NCBI GenBank assembly: GCA_964016885.1
Contig: OZ024761.1
Coordinates: 23,746,001 to 23,810,000, forward strand
Direction: 5' to 3'
DNA length: 64,000 nt
From: Eledone cirrhosa
Taxonomy: Eukaryota
Shown: positions 63,604 to 64,000 of the stretch, piece after piece
Position numbering within the stretch: the first letter of the stretch is position 1
How the letters are laid out: every line of letters begins with the position of its first letter
Program-made: the position numbers and the translations under genes
Notes under the pieces: generated by a model
Database searches by the model: none
The model's input: the letters and a program-made list of their open reading frames with translations, nothing else
Told to the model about the DNA's origin: nothing

Positions 63604-63826
63604 ACAAAGATCGGAATTAAGAGTATATATATGTATGTAAAAGGTAAACAGAAATAACAACACAATCGGTAAAGTATATGGAAGGGACATATTAGATTAA
63701 CTCTTCTCTCTCTCTCTCTGTTACAGTCTAAGCAAGATCACCAGCAGTACCAATGCTACCAGCACCGCTACTGTACCAAACCACAAACAGAAATTGGTAC
63801 CACAACCAATTGGGAAACAAGAAAGT
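37451..63826 (+). CDS. CHTF18: Chromosome transmission fidelity protein 18 homolog (RFC-like AAA+ clamp-loader subunit); 22 coding exons traced, 3' end beyond window
   Basis: All introns are GT-AG with compatible phases. Motifs: [25 protein letters not shown], Walker [19 protein letters not shown], Walker [40 protein letters not shown]. Confidence 0.97.
38155..38345 (+). mobile_element. RTE LINE 3' fragment (also 57855-58082)
   Basis: [29 protein letters not shown]; same family as 47050-47650. Confidence 0.8.
39170..39790 (-). mobile_element. Degraded CRE-like non-LTR retrotransposon fragment (post-RT and REL endonuclease region)
   Basis: Minus strand [11 protein letters not shown] and ATCDT...[18 protein letters not shown]...VETSGVFGP motifs. 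Confidence 0.6.
39835..40257. mobile_element. MITE-like element with 18-bp inverted termini
   Basis: AGGCTATGTAGCCGGTAA ... TTACCGGCTACATAGCCT. Confidence 0.65.
40622..40722. repeat. Palindrome with hammerhead-ribozyme motif (Penelope pseudo-LTR-like)
   Basis: ~48-bp inverted arms; minus strand CTGATGA-tttcttctgaat-GAAA-CAG..CT-GTA. Confidence 0.7.
40781..41041 (+). CDS. CHTF18: CHTF18 exon 2 (alternative in-phase donor after 41092)
   Basis: tttccag acceptor, open frame [14 protein letters not shown]...GSSEN, phase 1/1. Confidence 0.7.
41480..41860 (+). mobile_element. RTE LINE 3' fragment
   Basis: [35 protein letters not shown] with stops. Confidence 0.8.
42265..42728 (+). mobile_element. 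Non-autonomous Helitron with intact ends
   Basis: A|TCTCTATATATAAAAC ... CCCGTGCAACGCCGGG-TACCACTG-CTAG|T: TC/CTAG ends, subterminal hairpin, A-T target. Confidence 0.88.
43375..43680 (+). mobile_element. tRNA-derived SINE, one near-full and one partial copy (also ~37095, 48385, 51950-52330)
   Basis: B-box GAGTTCGAATCCC followed by GTTAACTTTGCATTTCATC..GGGGTCGATAAAATAAAGTACCAGT..TTGTGCC..AGTAGAAA. Confidence 0.8.
43744..43905 (+). CDS. CHTF18: CHTF18 exon 3
   Basis: ttgtag acceptor, [20 protein letters not shown] donor, phase 1/1. Confidence 0.7.
44020..44455. repeat. 30-bp minisatellite
   Basis: CCCACAAGTCCCTACACCCACTAGTTTCTT, about 14 copies. Confidence 0.95.
44528..44652 (+). CDS. CHTF18: CHTF18 exon 4
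   Basis: [17 protein letters not shown]; tttcag/GTGAGT. Confidence 0.88.
44925..45190 (-). mobile_element. CR1/L2-like LINE 3' tail (plus-strand copy at 57020-57357)
   Basis: GAAGCATGGAACAAACTACCTGCATCAGTTG...GTGCACCTGAGCAC..(ATT)n in both copies. Confidence 0.7.
45572..45655 (+). CDS. CHTF18: CHTF18 exon 5
   Basis: [28 protein letters not shown]; phase 0/0. Confidence 0.85.
46263..46372 (+). ncRNA. Type I hammerhead ribozyme motif with extended stem II (Penelope-like)
   Basis: CCCG-CTGATGA-a-GCAGCATTA...TAGTGCTGC-a-GAAA-CTCGA-GTC-CGGG. Confidence 0.72.
46686..46732 (+). CDS. CHTF18: CHTF18 exon 6
   Basis: Pyrimidine tract + cccag, [21 protein letters not shown]; phase 0/2 bridges the neighbouring exons. 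Confidence 0.8.
47050..47650 (+). mobile_element. RTE-clade LINE fragment
   Basis: [40 protein letters not shown]. Confidence 0.85.
47700..48090 (-). mobile_element. RTE-clade LINE fragment (different family)
   Basis: [27 protein letters not shown]. Confidence 0.8.
48167..48359 (+). CDS. CHTF18: CHTF18 exon 7
   Basis: Ends [18 protein letters not shown] (RFC box II). Confidence 0.93.
48725..49089. mobile_element. piggyBac-like MITE (relatives at ~46828-47047 and ~45420-45517)
   Basis: TTAA|CCCTTTAGCATTTA ... TAAATGGTAAAGGG|TTAA; internal ~63-bp triplication. Confidence 0.8.
49750..50140. repeat. GT-rich ~20-24-bp minisatellite
   Basis: GTCTGAGTCTGTGTGTGTTCGT variants in tandem. Confidence 0.9.
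50183..50356 (+). CDS. CHTF18: CHTF18 exon 8
   Basis: [18 protein letters not shown]...[11 protein letters not shown]. Confidence 0.95.
50480..50645 (+). mobile_element. Helitron 5' fragment
   Basis: Homologous to the 5' part of 42265-42728. Confidence 0.7.
51169..51266 (+). CDS. CHTF18: CHTF18 exon 9 (Walker A)
   Basis: [32 protein letters not shown]. Confidence 0.97.
51496..51619 (+). CDS. CHTF18: CHTF18 exon 10 (Walker B)
   Basis: DDRGE...[14 protein letters not shown]. Confidence 0.97.
52407..52510 (+). CDS. CHTF18: CHTF18 exon 11 (sensor 1)
   Basis: AAINVIL...[11 protein letters not shown]. Confidence 0.96.
53209..53302 (+). CDS. CHTF18: CHTF18 exon 12
   Basis: [31 protein letters not shown]. 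Confidence 0.95.
53683..53797. repeat. Palindrome from a dispersed Penelope-LTR-like family (relatives ~36143, 37190, 45285)
   Basis: ~55-bp inverted arms ATAGGAATGAGTAGGACCC..GACGGCTAATTCT / AGAATTAGCCGTC..GGGTCCTACTCGTTCCTAT. Confidence 0.75.
54424..54522 (+). CDS. CHTF18: CHTF18 exon 13
   Basis: [18 protein letters not shown]. Confidence 0.96.
55195..55742. repeat. 24-bp C-rich minisatellite (degenerate extension back to ~54610)
   Basis: CTCAGTTTCTACCCTCCACTCACA in tandem. Confidence 0.93.
55771..55898 (+). CDS. CHTF18: CHTF18 exon 14
   Basis: [25 protein letters not shown]. Confidence 0.95.
55905..56835. repeat. Imperfect (GGT)n microsatellite
   Basis: ~930 bp of GGT/GTA repeats. Confidence 0.97.
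56898..56972 (+). CDS. CHTF18: CHTF18 exon 15
   Basis: ttccag/GTAAGT, phase 2/2, [14 protein letters not shown]. Confidence 0.85.
57582..57693 (+). CDS. CHTF18: CHTF18 exon 16
   Basis: [27 protein letters not shown]. Confidence 0.94.
58340..58410 (-). mobile_element. tRNA-derived SINE head
   Basis: GGCGTGTGGCTGAGTGGTTAGAG...GGTTGTGAGTTCGATTCC (A and B boxes). Confidence 0.7.
58747..58917 (+). CDS. CHTF18: CHTF18 exon 17
   Basis: [31 protein letters not shown]. Confidence 0.95.
59225..59455 (+). mobile_element. tRNA-derived SINE (relatives ~38880-38965 minus strand, ~53385)
   Basis: GTTCGATTCC B box, then GTGTTCTTGAGCAAAACACTTTATTTCACATTGCTCCAGT core. Confidence 0.7.
59459..59732 (+). repeat. 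22-bp minisatellite overlapping the exon 18 acceptor
   Basis: ACCAGATGTTATTTCTCTCCAC, about 12 copies. Confidence 0.93.
59725..59874 (+). CDS. CHTF18: CHTF18 exon 18
   Basis: [27 protein letters not shown]. Confidence 0.92.
60175..60620. repeat. Pyrimidine-rich compound tandem repeat
   Basis: CCTAAATRCCCT..CCTGTCYTCTCTTRTGGG units repeated, with a longer duplication. Confidence 0.8.
60722..60852 (+). CDS. CHTF18: CHTF18 exon 19
   Basis: [34 protein letters not shown]. Confidence 0.96.
60888..61502. repeat. 48-bp minisatellite
   Basis: CAGGGTGGACTGGGTACTTTATGTCGTGACACCAGCATGATCAACTAA, about 13 copies. Confidence 0.95.
61725..61809 (+). CDS. CHTF18: CHTF18 exon 20
   Basis: [28 protein letters not shown]. 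Confidence 0.96.
62139..62404. repeat. Long inverted repeat (~97-bp arms)
   Basis: 62139-62236 is an imperfect reverse complement of 62307-62404. Confidence 0.9.
62441..62502 (+). CDS. CHTF18: CHTF18 exon 21
   Basis: [11 protein letters not shown]..; tttccag/GTTAGT, phase 0/2. Confidence 0.85.
62830..63170 (+). mobile_element. Penelope-like element, degraded GIY-YIG endonuclease end
   Basis: [26 protein letters not shown], frameshift, [30 protein letters not shown]. Confidence 0.8.
63727..63826 (+). CDS. CHTF18: CHTF18 exon 22
   Basis: ttacag/GTAAGT, phase 2/0, ..[13 protein letters not shown]; no stop codon, so the gene continues. Confidence 0.82.
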
Positions 63827-63878
63827 GTAAGTTATCACTGCTGGCACTATCCTCCTCTACCTCCTCATCATATATATA

Positions 63879-63931
<53 letters not shown>

Positions 63932-64000
63932 TTATCATCATCATCATCTTTGTTTAACGTCCATTTTCCACGCTAGCATGGGTTAGACGGGAGTTGTCCC

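Noticed and set aside
37512-63726. General selection against sense-strand hammerheads in CHTF18 introns
   Set aside because: Too few examples, and the best-preserved motif (46263-46372) is on the sense strand.

Overview
Eukaryotic, AT-rich, microsatellite- and SINE-dense DNA. The SINE families and zinc-finger motif style suggest an octopod cephalopod (inference); most ORF-track entries are repeat artefacts. Three zones. (1) 1-5380: degenerate, partly inverted AT-rich satellite, a Tc1/mariner MITE, SINE pieces and a GC-richer island with a tRNA-like fold and hairpins. (2) ~5381-33468: a 28-kb nested macrosatellite, A-(B-A)x8. A = unique segment + ~22-bp A/T-tract satellite + a 75-bp minisatellite of variable copy number; on the minus strand the 75-mer reads as a C2H2 zinc-finger repeat shortened by 3 codons and lacking most zinc ligands. 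B = RTE LINE fragment + non-autonomous Helitron + (TA)n + junction hairpin. (3) 37451 to beyond the window end: spliced CHTF18 gene (+ strand, 22 coding exons traced with consistent GT-AG phases). Its introns hold LINE/SINE/MITE/Helitron/Penelope remnants, several hammerhead-ribozyme motifs (one near-intact on the sense strand) and minisatellites seeded from the gene's own splice sites.
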